DNA from: a virus
Lineage: Duplodnaviria; Caudoviricetes
DNA length: 64,000 nucleotides
Virus record (IMG/VR): IMGVR_UViG_3300025530_000010
Coordinates: 7,781 to 71,780 of that record
Reading direction: 5' to 3' (one strand)
Shown: positions 1 to 9,315 of the stretch, one piece after another
Layout of the letters: the number at the start of each line of letters is the position of its first letter
Position numbering within the stretch: position 1 is the stretch's first letter
The notes under the pieces: generated by a model
Seen by the model: the letters and a program-made list of their open reading frames with translations, nothing else
Told to the model about the DNA's origin: nothing
Databases searched by the model: none
Program-made: the position numbers and the translations under genes

Positions 1-111
1 AAACTGGTGCCCGGCCGGATCCAGTCCTGGTAGCCGGTGGCGCTGGTGGTCACCGCCAGGGTGGCCCCGAAGTACAAGGTCAGTTCGGTCTTGAGAACCT
101 CGGCGGGCTGT

Positions 112-531
112 TCAGCCCCCGGCGGGCTGGCCGTGCTCATCGTCGCTCTCCCCCTCCTCGATCTGCAGATCCTTTGCGGCATCGGTCATCAGCTCGGCGA
201 CCTTGTGCACCAGCGTCTCCTGCACCAGGCGCAGCTCGACGGCCGTCAGCCCATCGACGAGGCGCTCGCCGAAGGCCCAGTGGGTGATCATCAACACCAG
301 CATCTGGGAGATGAAGGCCAGGCCCAGGCGGCCGAACCGCGACTCGACCACCGCCAGGGTGTCGCGCACGACGTCGGCGACCTCGCGGCGGTTCTCGGTG
401 TCGGCCTCCAGGATCTGCTCGGCCTCGTCGATCCAGGCGACCAGGATCTCGGCGAAGCGGCGGCCGGTGTCGCCGTCCTCGGCGAGCTCGGTCAACTGCT
501 GGCGCCACAGCGACTCGTCAACGGCCCGCAT
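112..531 (-). CDS. hypothetical protein (139 aa)
   Basis: GC3-rich codon usage; 1-nt start/stop overlap with the upstream ORF at 531. Confidence 0.8.
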   Translation of the reverse strand: MRAVDESLWRQQLTELAEDGDTGRRFAEILVAWIDEAEQILEADTENRREVADVVRDTLAVVESRFGRLGLAFISQMLVLMITHWAFGERLVDGLTAVELRLVQETLVHKVAELMTDAAKDLQIEEGESDDEHGQPAGG

Positions 532-953
532 CAGCGCCCCGCCCAGTAGGCGAACAACTCCTCGGCCAGCCGCCGGGGCGTGATCTCGCGCAGGTCCTGG
601 CTGGCGATGATCTCGGCCAGGTCGTCGACGACGTCGCGCCGGTAGTCGAAATCCGCCGCGCGCAACCGCTTCTCGGTCTCCTCGGAGCCGGGCGGCCCGG
701 ACTTCAGCGCCTCGGCGACACGCCTGTCCAGCTCCGCCAGGCGGTCATGGTGACTGCGGTTGATGACGGCGACCGAACCGGCGTAGCCGTCGAAAGTGCC
801 GCCGCGCCGGAACCATTCGTCGAGCTCGTCGCGCACCTCGGCCAGACGTTCGGCCTCGAAGTCCCCCAGGGGCTTGGAGTCCACGGCCGGGCCGATCAGG
901 GCAACCAGCTCGTGCCACAGCTTCGTGGCGCCGTCCTCGACGAAGCCGGTCAC
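531..953 (-). CDS. hypothetical protein (140 aa)
   Basis: GTG start overlapping the stop of 950..1204 (GTGA); phage-like codon bias. Confidence 0.8.
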   Translation of the reverse strand: MTGFVEDGATKLWHELVALIGPAVDSKPLGDFEAERLAEVRDELDEWFRRGGTFDGYAGSVAVINRSHHDRLAELDRRVAEALKSGPPGSEETEKRLRAADFDYRRDVVDDLAEIIASQDLREITPRRLAEELFAYWAGR

Positions 954-1204
954 CGCTGATCCCCGGTGATGATGCGCACGTACTCGTCGAAGTCGAACGG
1001 CCCGGACTCGACCGGCATCACGTTGGAGCGCACGGTCAGGTCGGGGCCGAAGACCTTCCAGAGGTCGTCGCTCTGCTGGCGTTCGACCGGCACCACCTGG
1101 ACCTCACCGGGCTGGTGGATTCCGGCGGCGTAGGAGACACCAGCGCCAACCAGCGCTCCGGCCGCCATCATGGCGGCGACAAGACGCAACATCGATTTGC
1201 TCAT
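950..1204 (-). CDS. small secreted/membrane-anchored protein
   Basis: N-terminal MSKSMLRLVAAMMAAGALVGAGVSYA is signal-peptide-like; SD-like GAAGGA upstream. Confidence 0.75.
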   Translation of the reverse strand: MSKSMLRLVAAMMAAGALVGAGVSYAAGIHQPGEVQVVPVERQQSDDLWKVFGPDLTVRSNVMPVESGPFDFDEYVRIITGDQR

Positions 1205-1263
1205 AGCTGTCCTTCATGTTTGCTGGATCCATGGGCCCTCTTGATTAGAGGACTCATTGGGAG

Positions 1264-1292
1264 AGTTTATAGAACAGCTGTAGGTCTTGCAA
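1264..1292 (-). promoter_or_regulatory. SigA-like leftward promoter
   Basis: TTGCAA (1292-1287), 17-bp spacer, TAAACT (1269-1264) on the minus strand, upstream of 950..1204. Confidence 0.6.
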
Positions 1293-1689
1293 GGGGGTGC
1301 TCTTCAACCCGCCAGCAGCAGCCTGAGTCAGAAGCAAAACCGCAGGTCAGAGCACATCGAACTTACGTTCAGCAGGCACATCCGGCACCAGGAAGAGGGG
1401 GGGAGCAGAGCTGTCCCTGTCGGGGGCAGGGACAGCCATCCGTTTACCGAGGCCAGGTGTCTTCGCCACAATGCAGGGATCGGACCTGACAAGGGGGACC
1501 TGGAGGGTAATCGCGTCGCCGTCCGGCTACGGGTATTACTCGCATGCCGCAGGGCCGGGATATTCCGCCAGCTCTCTGATGCGCGCCCGGGCCTGCCTTT
1601 ACCGCGCTGGCTGACGGATCGGGAGAATGTTGCCCCTCTAACGGGCGACGGCCGGGCTTGTCAGGCCCGCCCTCCGACTGGTAGACTCG

Positions 1690-1731
1690 AAGGCACGTCT
1701 TTAAAGGCACGCCTTTAAAGGCGCGTCTTTA
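1690..1731. repeat. 3 x 14-bp tandem quasi-palindromic repeat
   Basis: AAGGCACGTCTTTA / AAGGCACGCCTTTA / AAGGCGCGTCTTTA; 1702-1717 TAAAGGC-AC-GCCTTTA is a perfect inverted repeat. Confidence 0.95.
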
Positions 1732-1739
1732 GGTGATTT

Positions 1740-1779
1740 GGAAGCCCCCGGGGGTTCGCTCTCGGGGGCTTCCGCTTTT
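1740..1779 (+). terminator. intrinsic terminator-like hairpin
   Basis: GGAAGCCCCCG ... CGGGGGCTTCC stem followed by GCTTTT. Confidence 0.7.
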
Positions 1780-1824
1780 CATGTGTACACCCTTTCTTCT
1801 GATCGTGCAAGTCACTCTCATATA

Positions 1825-1853
1825 TGGAAGTTATAGAGCCGGAACAGTATGAT
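1825..1853 (+). promoter_or_regulatory. SigA-like promoter, likely leaderless transcript of the helicase
   Basis: TGGAAG-N17-TATGAT, with ATG at 1860 six nt after the -10. Confidence 0.55.
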
Positions 1854-1859
1854 GTAAGC

Positions 1860-3719
1860 ATGCACGTCATCCTCGATGACCTCGAAGAGGGCCTGCGACG
1901 ACTGTCCCCCGACGAGCTGTACCGCGTCGTCGTCGCCGAGGAGTCCCCCGACTACCCCGGCTGCCTGGTGTTCCAGCCGTTCGACGACGCCCAGATGTTC
2001 TACGCGCGCCATGACGACTGGCTCAGCCGCCACCTGGTGCTCAACGAGCTGTTCATGCTCGACCCGTTCGTCAAGGAGCTGCAGGACGAAGGCTTCACCG
2101 TGGTCTTCGGCCCCAGCGCCCGGCCCGTCCTGGAGGCCCACCGGCGCTGGAGCCAGCCACTGCGGATCCCCGGCTACAACCTGCACCCCTACCAGAACTT
2201 CAGCCTCAATCGCGCCCTGGAGCGGGCCCGCAACGGCGCCACCGCCACCGACCGGCTGTGGTTTTGGAACTGGTCGGCCGGGGCGGGCAAGACCTACGTC
2301 TCCGGCGCCGGGGCCCGGGCACTGTTCGATTCCGGCGACATTGACCTGGTCATCGGCTGCACGCTGAGCAAGCTCAAGATCGGCCTCTGCCGCACCTGGA
2401 CCAACGACGCCTGCCTGGCGGCCGTCATCAACGACCACCCCCGGCCCGCCGAGCGCCGTCGCCGTTACCACGACGCCTCGGTGCAGGCCTGGGTGATGAA
2501 CTACGAGAAGCTGCGCGTGGACTTCGACGACCTGGCGGCCATCACCGCCGACCGGCGCGTGCTGTTCGTCCTCGACGAGGCCCACAAGGTCATCACCGAC
2601 GGCAGCCCCAACCAGGCCCGCAAGGCCCTCGACCGGCTCGTCAACGGCTGCCACGCCATCGTGTGGCCGATGAGCGCCACCGTCGTCGGTGGCAACCCGC
2701 TGCGCTTCCGCGACGTCTTCTCCCTCGACGGCCGCCCCGCCACCAACCCGCTGGGCACCAAGAAGGACTTCGTCGCCACCTACGCCGACGAGGCCCGCGA
2801 GGTCAAGGTGCGCAGCCGCTCCGGCCGCAGCTTCGTCTTCACGGCCTACCGCTGGAACCTGCCCAAGCTGCAGAACATCCGCCACCGCATCGGCGACCGG
2901 GCGATGGCGGTGCGCAAGACCGACCCCGGCATCCGCGAGAGCTTCAGGGGCATCGAGTGCCTGCCGGTGCTGGTCGAGCCCACCCCCGAGCAGCGGCGGC
3001 TGTTCGGCATCATCACCGACCTGGCGGCCGAGGCCAAGGACCGCGAGGAGACCATCACCCAGCACTACCTGGCGCTGCGCATCGCCGCGATCAACCCCGG
3101 CGCCCTGGCCCACAGCGACAACGAGGTGGCCCAGCAAATCGTGCGCGACCACCCCGACCTCATCGACGCCCGCCACTCGGCCAAGATCGAGACGATCAAC
3201 GAGCTGCTGGAGAGCATCCGGGAGTCCCAGGACAAGGCCGTGCTGTTCTGCCACTGGACCGAACTGGGGCTGCTGCCACTGGCCAAGCACCTGACCGTGC
3301 CGCACGTGCTGCACTACGGCACCGGCCAGTCTGCGCGGGAGTCCCAGGCCGCCGTCGACCGTTTCAAGTCCGACCCGGACATCACCTGCTTTGCCAGCAG
3401 CGACGCGGGCACCTACGGGCTGAACCTGCAGTGCGCCCGCTACGTCATCAACGCCGACCCCACCTACAGCTATGACGACCTGGCGCAGCGCAACGCCCGC
3501 ATCGACCGCGCCGACTCGCACCTCGACGGCCTGACCGCCTACGTGCTGATCACCGAGGGCTCGGTCGAGGAGCGGGTGTGGGCGGTCTGCAACGAGCGCC
3601 GCGAACTCGCCGCCGCCGTGCAGGGCACCCAGGAGGCCCTCTCCTACGGCGCCGAGACCTCCGGGTCGCGCACCGAACTCGGCGACCTCGACTACCTGAT
3701 CTTCGGGGGCGGCCGATGA
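1860..3719 (+). CDS. SNF2/SF2-like DNA helicase
   Basis: Walker A-like AGAGKT, Walker B VLDEAH, motif V/VI SDAGTYGLNLQ and QRNARIDR; start chosen at ATG 1860 (track start 1824). Confidence 0.9.
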   Translation: MHVILDDLEEGLRRLSPDELYRVVVAEESPDYPGCLVFQPFDDAQMFYARHDDWLSRHLVLNELFMLDPFVKELQDEGFTVVFGPSARPVLEAHRRWSQPLRIPGYNLHPYQNFSLNRALERARNGATATDRLWFWNWSAGAGKTYVSGAGARALFDSGDIDLVIGCTLSKLKIGLCRTWTNDACLAAVINDHPRPAERRRRYHDASVQAWVMNYEKLRVDFDDLAAITADRRVLFVLDEAHKVITDGSPNQARKALDRLVNGCHAIVWPMSATVVGGNPLRFRDVFSLDGRPATNPLGTKKDFVATYADEAREVKVRSRSGRSFVFTAYRWNLPKLQNIRHRIGDRAMAVRKTDPGIRESFRGIECLPVLVEPTPEQRRLFGIITDLAAEAKDREETITQHYLALRIAAINPGALAHSDNEVAQQIVRDHPDLIDARHSAKIETINELLESIRESQDKAVLFCHWTELGLLPLAKHLTVPHVLHYGTGQSARESQAAVDRFKSDPDITCFASSDAGTYGLNLQCARYVINADPTYSYDDLAQRNARIDRADSHLDGLTAYVLITEGSVEERVWAVCNERRELAAAVQGTQEALSYGAETSGSRTELGDLDYLIFGGGR

Positions 3720-4060
3720 GGGTCCGGGCCACCGACCCGGCAACCAGCGCCGAGGCCGCAGGCGACAGCGCGGCCCGCCAGAGCATCCGCATGGCGCTGC
3801 TGGCCGTCTACGCCGAGGACGTGCTGTCGCACGGCGAGGGGCTGACCGACGAGGAGGCCATGCTGGCCGCCGGGTTCGACCTGGCCGACGACGGCCACCG
3901 CCGCCGCTGCTCGGATCTGCGGGACGCCGGGCTGATCGCGCCGGTGCGCCGCGACGGCCGGGACCTCACCCGGCACAGCCACCGCACCGGGCGGCGCCGG
4001 ATGGTCTGCACGATCACCGAGGCCGGGATCGAGGCGCTGCGGCGCCAGATGCCGGTCTAG
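3716..4060 (+). CDS. winged-helix DNA-binding protein
   Basis: N-terminal RATDPATS motif typical of small actinophage wHTH proteins, LTDEE...RRRCSDLRDAGLI helix pattern; ATGA overlap with the helicase stop. Confidence 0.7.
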   Translation: MRVRATDPATSAEAAGDSAARQSIRMALLAVYAEDVLSHGEGLTDEEAMLAAGFDLADDGHRRRCSDLRDAGLIAPVRRDGRDLTRHSHRTGRRRMVCTITEAGIEALRRQMPV

Positions 4061-4124
4061 CCCACGGGTTCAGGCCAGCCCGGCCCCTCCTCCGTTCGCT
4101 GACACCCCCATAGTTGGCGCCGGA

Positions 4125-7100
4125 TTACTTGAGGTAGCTGGGCATGATCGTGCACCCGTAGGCGTAGGCCTGCGGGCTGAGGATGGCCAGCTGCACCACG
4201 CACTCGTTGACCGGCGTCGTCGCGGTGATCTGGGCGCTGTCGGCGTAGCGCAGCTCGGTGACCTCGTGCAGCGGCTGGTCGGCCCCGCCCAGCCGCATGA
4301 AGTAGCGGATGTGGGCGACCTCGGTGTACAGGTCGGAGACGTACAGCTCGTCCTCGGCGTCCCCGGAGGTGGTCAGCTCGATCCAGTAGGCCTGCTCCCC
4401 CTCCGGCAGCTCGAAGAACTGCCCCTGGTGGGTGTGCCAGTAGCCGACCGGCGGACTGGGAATGATCTCCTCGTGGACGTAGACGCCGTCGCTCATTCGG
4501 CGCAGCCGCAGCAGGATCTCGTTGCTGTTGCGCAACGGCCGGTAGAACACCGCACACAGCCGCGCCACGGCGCCGGAGATCATGTTAGTGGTCTGCACGA
4601 TCCGCATGCCCGCCTCGCCAGCGCCCGGGGCGCGCCGGAACTTCAGGGCCCGCCGCCCGTCGAAAACGCGGTTGGGGTCGACGGTGATCGACACCTGCGA
4701 CCGGGGCGAGCCCCAGGTGACGCGCTGGTCGCCCCAGGTGCCCAGGGTGTCGCCCCAGGTGCCGCTGGGGGCGCCCTCGGGGATCGTCGAGACGTAGTAG
4801 GCCAGCTGCAGGTTGTCGATGCCGGTCGCCAGCGGATCGATCCGGGCCCACATCGCATCCGAGCGCACCAGCCCCGAGTCCCGGAAGTCGCAGCGCAGCT
4901 TGGCGAAGCTGCTGGTGGTGATGATCTCCTTGTAGGCGCTGGCCAGCACCTCGACGGCCGGTTCGGCCCGGAAGGTGTCAAACCACACCCGCCCGGCGCT
5001 GGCGTGGCCGGTGACCACCGGCCGGACACGGGCCCGGGTGGCGCCCTCGGGCACGACCCAGGTGCCGGTGAGCTTGATCCAGTCCTCGGCCGGTGGGTCG
5101 CCCTCCTCCTCCTCGTCGTCCGGGGGCGTGTGGCTGTAGGGCACCGCCGACCAGTCGGGGTAGGTGACGTCGGCGACGACATCGGTTGCCAGCTCGCCGG
5201 ACTCGCCGTAAGCGGTCACCGCCAAGGCGATGGCGGCCTCGCCGTCGGCGGCGACCAGGTCGCGCCAGCGCACCCAGCACGAGAACTCGATCTCGTCGCC
5301 CGGCTCGACGTCGAACGGCGCCGACAGCACGTAGTGCTCCTCGCCGTCGGGGGCGATGGTCAGCGAACCCCAGTGCCAGCGGCCCATCGCGCCGTCACGC
5401 TCCCAGGGGTGCCCCTCGGGGACGAACCAGTTGGCCAGGCTCAAATCGAAGCCGGGGTTGAGGATCTCGTAGACCCTACGAGTGGTGGTGATCGGCCCGG
5501 AGTCCAGTGCCCGGGTGTGCTGCAGCACCCAGTGGTCGGGGTTGTAGGTGCCGAAGTCGAACAGCGGCGGGTCCTGGTAGTCGATGTGGGCCGTCGACAG
5601 CGCCCGGACCTCGCGCACCCCGGCGAAATAGGCGATGGCCGCGTCGCGCACAACCGTCTTGCGCTCGTAGCGGTGCACCGAGGTCGTGGTGAAGCGCATG
5701 CGCACCTCGGTAGTGCGCTTGCGGCCGAGCACCACCTGGGTCAGCGCGGTCAGGCCGTTCATGATGGCGGCCGGGATGATCATGGTCGCGCCGGGGAAGA
5801 TCCACCAGTCCAGGCCCTGGATCGGCAGGGCCACCGGCTGCTGCACCCAGTTGATCAGCGGGACAAAGGAATCGCCGAGGGCCCCGAACGTCGAGGCGAG
5901 GCTGTGGCTGATCGTCGCACCCCAGTCGTGCAGCCAGTCCAGGATCGTGTATCCCGCCATCCTGGTGGGGTCCAGGGCGTCACGACGGTAGATGTAGGCG
6001 TTGGACTTCTCGGTGCGGACGGTGTCGACGATGTCGCTGCCGACCGACGCCGGGAGCTGCGAGTAGCTGATCGGCGCCCCGGTGGTGACGGTGATCGGCT
6101 CGATGGTGGTGCCGAAGATCCGGTCGATCGCCCGCGACACCGACGAGGGGTTGAGCCAGTTGACCCCGGTGAGGCCAAAGGCCCCGGCGACGGTCTCGGC
6201 GCCGAGCTGGATCGCCCCGCCGACGGTACCGAGAATGCCCGGGTGCACGGTACTGGCCATCTGCTGGATCTGCACCGGGAACACCTCGTAGGTGACCTGC
6301 ACCCCGCTGTCGTAGACGGGGTAGGGCTCCTCGGTCAGGTTGGTGAACTCCAGCTTGAGGTACTTTGCTGAGACCGGGCGCGGGAAGTACAGCTTGCCCC
6401 GGTAGGTCAGGTAGTCGCGCCAGATCGGCGTCCAGACCTTGTTGGCGTAGAGGGTCTCGTCAGGGCCGCCGCTGCCGTGGGTCTGCAGCGTCCAGTCGCA
6501 GGCGTAGACGGCGTTGTCCAGTGTGGTGCTTGGCAGCTCGCCGGTGGCGTCCGGCACCAGCAGCTCCGGCGAGACGTAGACCGAGGGATTGGCCTGGAAG
6601 GCCTCGTAGCCGTCGTAGCCCTCCAGCTTGACCACGTGGCTGGTGAGGGTGCCCCGGAAGTTCTGAAAGCCCATCTGGCCGTCGAGGCTGACGTACTCGG
6701 GCAGGTCCGGGCTGGTGTCCTCCAGGTGGGCCACCTCGGCGCCGGTGCGGTCGCGCACCGAGATCAGCACCCGCTTGGGGTCGTAGCGCCAGCCGACGAC
6801 GATGCGCAGCGGCTCGCCGGGCTTGAGGATCGGCGAGATCGCCGCCGAGAAGGTCTTGGTGCGGCCCTCGGTGTCGGCGAAGGTCAGCACGATCTCGCCG
6901 GAGCCGACGTCGTAGCGGATGCTCGGCCACCACTGCCCCTCGGCCGGGTCGGTCGGGGTCACTCCCAGCAGCACCGGGTTGTTCGGCGGGCCGTCGAGGG
7001 GGTCGAAGTCCGGGATCCACTCGATGCCGACCCAGACATCCTGGCGCACCAGCGGTCCCAGCCGGAAGGGGAAGGTGTAGGAGGAGGTCGCCGACGGGCC

Positions 7101-7967
7101 ACTGGAGGTGTCCCAGCGGCCGCGCCCGGCACGCCACTCGGTGTTGACGTCGACGTCCGGCGGAAGCGTGATCGGGCTGAGCTTGCGCGTGCCGACCGAA
7201 TCGTCGTTGGAGTAGTAGATGTTCAGCGTCTGGCCGTGGTAGACGGGGTCGATGTAGAGGTGGTCGATGGTCTGCGGCGCACCGTCGGACTGGCGGCGCA
7301 CGTCCAGGTGCAGTGCGACCACAGCCTGGTGGTCGGGCTGGGGTGCGCTGCGCCAGAACGTGTGCGGCCGGTCGTCGATGGCCCGGCAGGCGTCCCAGTC
7401 CTTGACATAGCTGGCGACGATGTTGCCGACCGGGTCGAGCTCCTCCTCGAACGGCAGGCGTCCGGCGTTGCGGTCGTAGACATTTCGGCGCAGCAGGGTG
7501 TTCCGGATGCCCACCACGTAGGACCGGTTGCCCAGGGTGGGGTCAGGCACCCGGGTCAGCCGCAGCTGCACCGCCTTGGCCACGATCGGGTACAGGATGG
7601 CCTTGTACTTGTACCAGCTGGCGGCCGAGGAGTTGGTCAGGGTCAGCGCCACCGGCATGCGGTTGTGGTCGAGGACCTGACGCCAGTTGTTGAGCCGGTC
7701 CTGGTACCACACCTCGATGCGCACCGGCACGCGCAACGCCTCGAACGCCAGCTCGCTGACCGAAAGCGGCAGTTTGAAATTGATCTGCACCACCTCGGTG
7801 GTGTCGTCGGTGCTGGGGCGGGGCTGTGACAGCCACTGCCGCTCCGACGGCGGCTGCACCACCGTCGTCGGCTCCCTGCGCTCGGCCGCCGCCTGGTCGA
7901 GCAGCTGCTTGAGCGAGAGCGGCCAGTGCGATTCCCAGTACAGGCCATCGATTTCTGAAGTCGCCAT
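4125..7967 (-). CDS. large baseplate/minor tail protein with beta-sandwich carbohydrate-binding-like domains (1280 aa)
   Basis: last gene of the baseplate block; Trp/Tyr-rich beta segments (EILNPGFD, WIKLTGTWVVP, VWFDTF) resembling CBM/galactose-binding folds. Confidence 0.7.
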   Translation of the reverse strand: MATSEIDGLYWESHWPLSLKQLLDQAAAERREPTTVVQPPSERQWLSQPRPSTDDTTEVVQINFKLPLSVSELAFEALRVPVRIEVWYQDRLNNWRQVLDHNRMPVALTLTNSSAASWYKYKAILYPIVAKAVQLRLTRVPDPTLGNRSYVVGIRNTLLRRNVYDRNAGRLPFEEELDPVGNIVASYVKDWDACRAIDDRPHTFWRSAPQPDHQAVVALHLDVRRQSDGAPQTIDHLYIDPVYHGQTLNIYYSNDDSVGTRKLSPITLPPDVDVNTEWRAGRGRWDTSSGPSATSSYTFPFRLGPLVRQDVWVGIEWIPDFDPLDGPPNNPVLLGVTPTDPAEGQWWPSIRYDVGSGEIVLTFADTEGRTKTFSAAISPILKPGEPLRIVVGWRYDPKRVLISVRDRTGAEVAHLEDTSPDLPEYVSLDGQMGFQNFRGTLTSHVVKLEGYDGYEAFQANPSVYVSPELLVPDATGELPSTTLDNAVYACDWTLQTHGSGGPDETLYANKVWTPIWRDYLTYRGKLYFPRPVSAKYLKLEFTNLTEEPYPVYDSGVQVTYEVFPVQIQQMASTVHPGILGTVGGAIQLGAETVAGAFGLTGVNWLNPSSVSRAIDRIFGTTIEPITVTTGAPISYSQLPASVGSDIVDTVRTEKSNAYIYRRDALDPTRMAGYTILDWLHDWGATISHSLASTFGALGDSFVPLINWVQQPVALPIQGLDWWIFPGATMIIPAAIMNGLTALTQVVLGRKRTTEVRMRFTTTSVHRYERKTVVRDAAIAYFAGVREVRALSTAHIDYQDPPLFDFGTYNPDHWVLQHTRALDSGPITTTRRVYEILNPGFDLSLANWFVPEGHPWERDGAMGRWHWGSLTIAPDGEEHYVLSAPFDVEPGDEIEFSCWVRWRDLVAADGEAAIALAVTAYGESGELATDVVADVTYPDWSAVPYSHTPPDDEEEEGDPPAEDWIKLTGTWVVPEGATRARVRPVVTGHASAGRVWFDTFRAEPAVEVLASAYKEIITTSSFAKLRCDFRDSGLVRSDAMWARIDPLATGIDNLQLAYYVSTIPEGAPSGTWGDTLGTWGDQRVTWGSPRSQVSITVDPNRVFDGRRALKFRRAPGAGEAGMRIVQTTNMISGAVARLCAVFYRPLRNSNEILLRLRRMSDGVYVHEEIIPSPPVGYWHTHQGQFFELPEGEQAYWIELTTSGDAEDELYVSDLYTEVAHIRYFMRLGGADQPLHEVTELRYADSAQITATTPVNECVVQLAILSPQAYAYGCTIMPSYLK

Positions 7968-7974
7968 TCAGCCC

Positions 7975-9315
7975 TCACTGCAGGATGACAGGGTTGCGGG
8001 CCTCCGGCAGCGACAGGATCGTGCGGCGGCCCGTCAGGGTCGAGGTGATGGTGGAGTCACGCGCCGGTGCCGAGTATGCCACCGCGTACTCCGGCAGCCA
8101 CTGGCGCCGGGTCTGCGACTGCGGCGTGATCGGCAGCCGGTAGCGGTTGCCCTCGATATGGCCGCCCAGCCGGTGGATCTCGGTGGCCTTGGACCGGATG
8201 TAGTCCTCCTGCGAGGCGAACGGGAAGATGTAGGGGGTCCCGTCGGGGTTGATCGCAGGCTCGTGGTCGGGGTGCACACCGTACTTGCCGCCGGGGTAGT
8301 TGTCGGGACTGTCGGCGAGCTCGAAGGCGATCCAGTCGGTGTACTGGCCGAAGGTCTCGTATGTTTCGAACGTCGCCTCCTGGCGGACGGTGCCGTCCTC
8401 CTGCAGGGTGCCGTAGGTGACCGAGTCGATGGGGCTGCGGGAGCCGCCGCTGACCAGGTAGTAGTAGCCGTACTCCTGGGTGATGTTGAAGGCCGCGTAC
8501 GGCGCCAGCTGGGGGTCGCGGCTGAACATCCACTGCTCGGTGTCCAGCAGGTCGATCGGAAGCATCTCCGGCGGCGGCAGGTCCTCGATGAGCGGAGTCG
8601 GCGTGATGACCTTCTGCACCTCGTAGTAGGTGCTCGTCGCGCTCGCCGAGGCGATCGGCACCGGCGTAGACACCGCCAAACCGCTTGTGCTGATGGTGAT
8701 TACGGTGTCGACGCTCATGATCTTGGTCAGCATGTCGCGCAGCAGCCGCAGCTCCTCCGGCGACAGCTCCTCCTTGTGCGGGCGCACGACCACCTCGTTG
8801 CGGGCAGGCTGCTCGGCGCGCCCCAGGTCGGCGGTGATGCCGAAATTGTCGATGTGGCGCCAGACTTCGTAGATGTCGGCGTCGACCCCGAGCGCCGCGT
8901 GCACGCAGGTGCGGATTCCCTCCACCGTCGAGCCCTTGGTGCAGGCCAGGAAGAACTCGCGCAGCCGCTGCCGGTACCAGGCGTCCTTGACCCGCACCTC
9001 GTCCCACTGCTCGCTGGTGAGCATGTCGGTGCTGGGGTTGTAGGGGTAGCTCTCGGCTGGGGACCGCGACAGGAAGTGGATCCTGCCGAAAATGAAGTCC
9101 AGCTCGTTGAAGTAGATCGTCTCCAGGGCACCGGACAAGCGGGCGAGCATGGCCTCGTTGACCAGCGCCCCGGCCCCGGCGGTGCCGCACAGCGCGTCGA
9201 CGAACTTGTACAGCAGCGTGGTGTTGTCGAGCCGGTAGACGCTCTCGTCGAAGTGGTCCAAACGCCGCTCAGTCGAGCGGGGCGCGATGATCGGAAACGG
9301 GTCGGAGGTGGCCAT
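7975..9315 (-). CDS. baseplate wedge protein (P2 gpI-like position)
   Basis: follows baseplate J; YRQRLREFFLACTKGSTVEGIRT segment typical of gpI-like wedges; TGATG coupling at 9315. Confidence 0.65.
   Translation of the reverse strand: MATSDPFPIIAPRSTERRLDHFDESVYRLDNTTLLYKFVDALCGTAGAGALVNEAMLARLSGALETIYFNELDFIFGRIHFLSRSPAESYPYNPSTDMLTSEQWDEVRVKDAWYRQRLREFFLACTKGSTVEGIRTCVHAALGVDADIYEVWRHIDNFGITADLGRAEQPARNEVVVRPHKEELSPEELRLLRDMLTKIMSVDTVITISTSGLAVSTPVPIASASATSTYYEVQKVITPTPLIEDLPPPEMLPIDLLDTEQWMFSRDPQLAPYAAFNITQEYGYYYLVSGGSRSPIDSVTYGTLQEDGTVRQEATFETYETFGQYTDWIAFELADSPDNYPGGKYGVHPDHEPAINPDGTPYIFPFASQEDYIRSKATEIHRLGGHIEGNRYRLPITPQSQTRRQWLPEYAVAYSAPARDSTITSTLTGRRTILSLPEARNPVILQ

Noticed and set aside
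1287-1718. 143-aa plus-strand ORF (and 1444..1710 minus)
   Set aside because: TTG start falls inside a -35 box, no SD, atypical codon usage, runs through the operator-like repeats; not excluded but unsupported
1690-1731. CRISPR array (also considered for 41395-41484)
   Set aside because: Repeats are directly tandem with no unique spacers and no cas genes; the 18-bp repeat is coding
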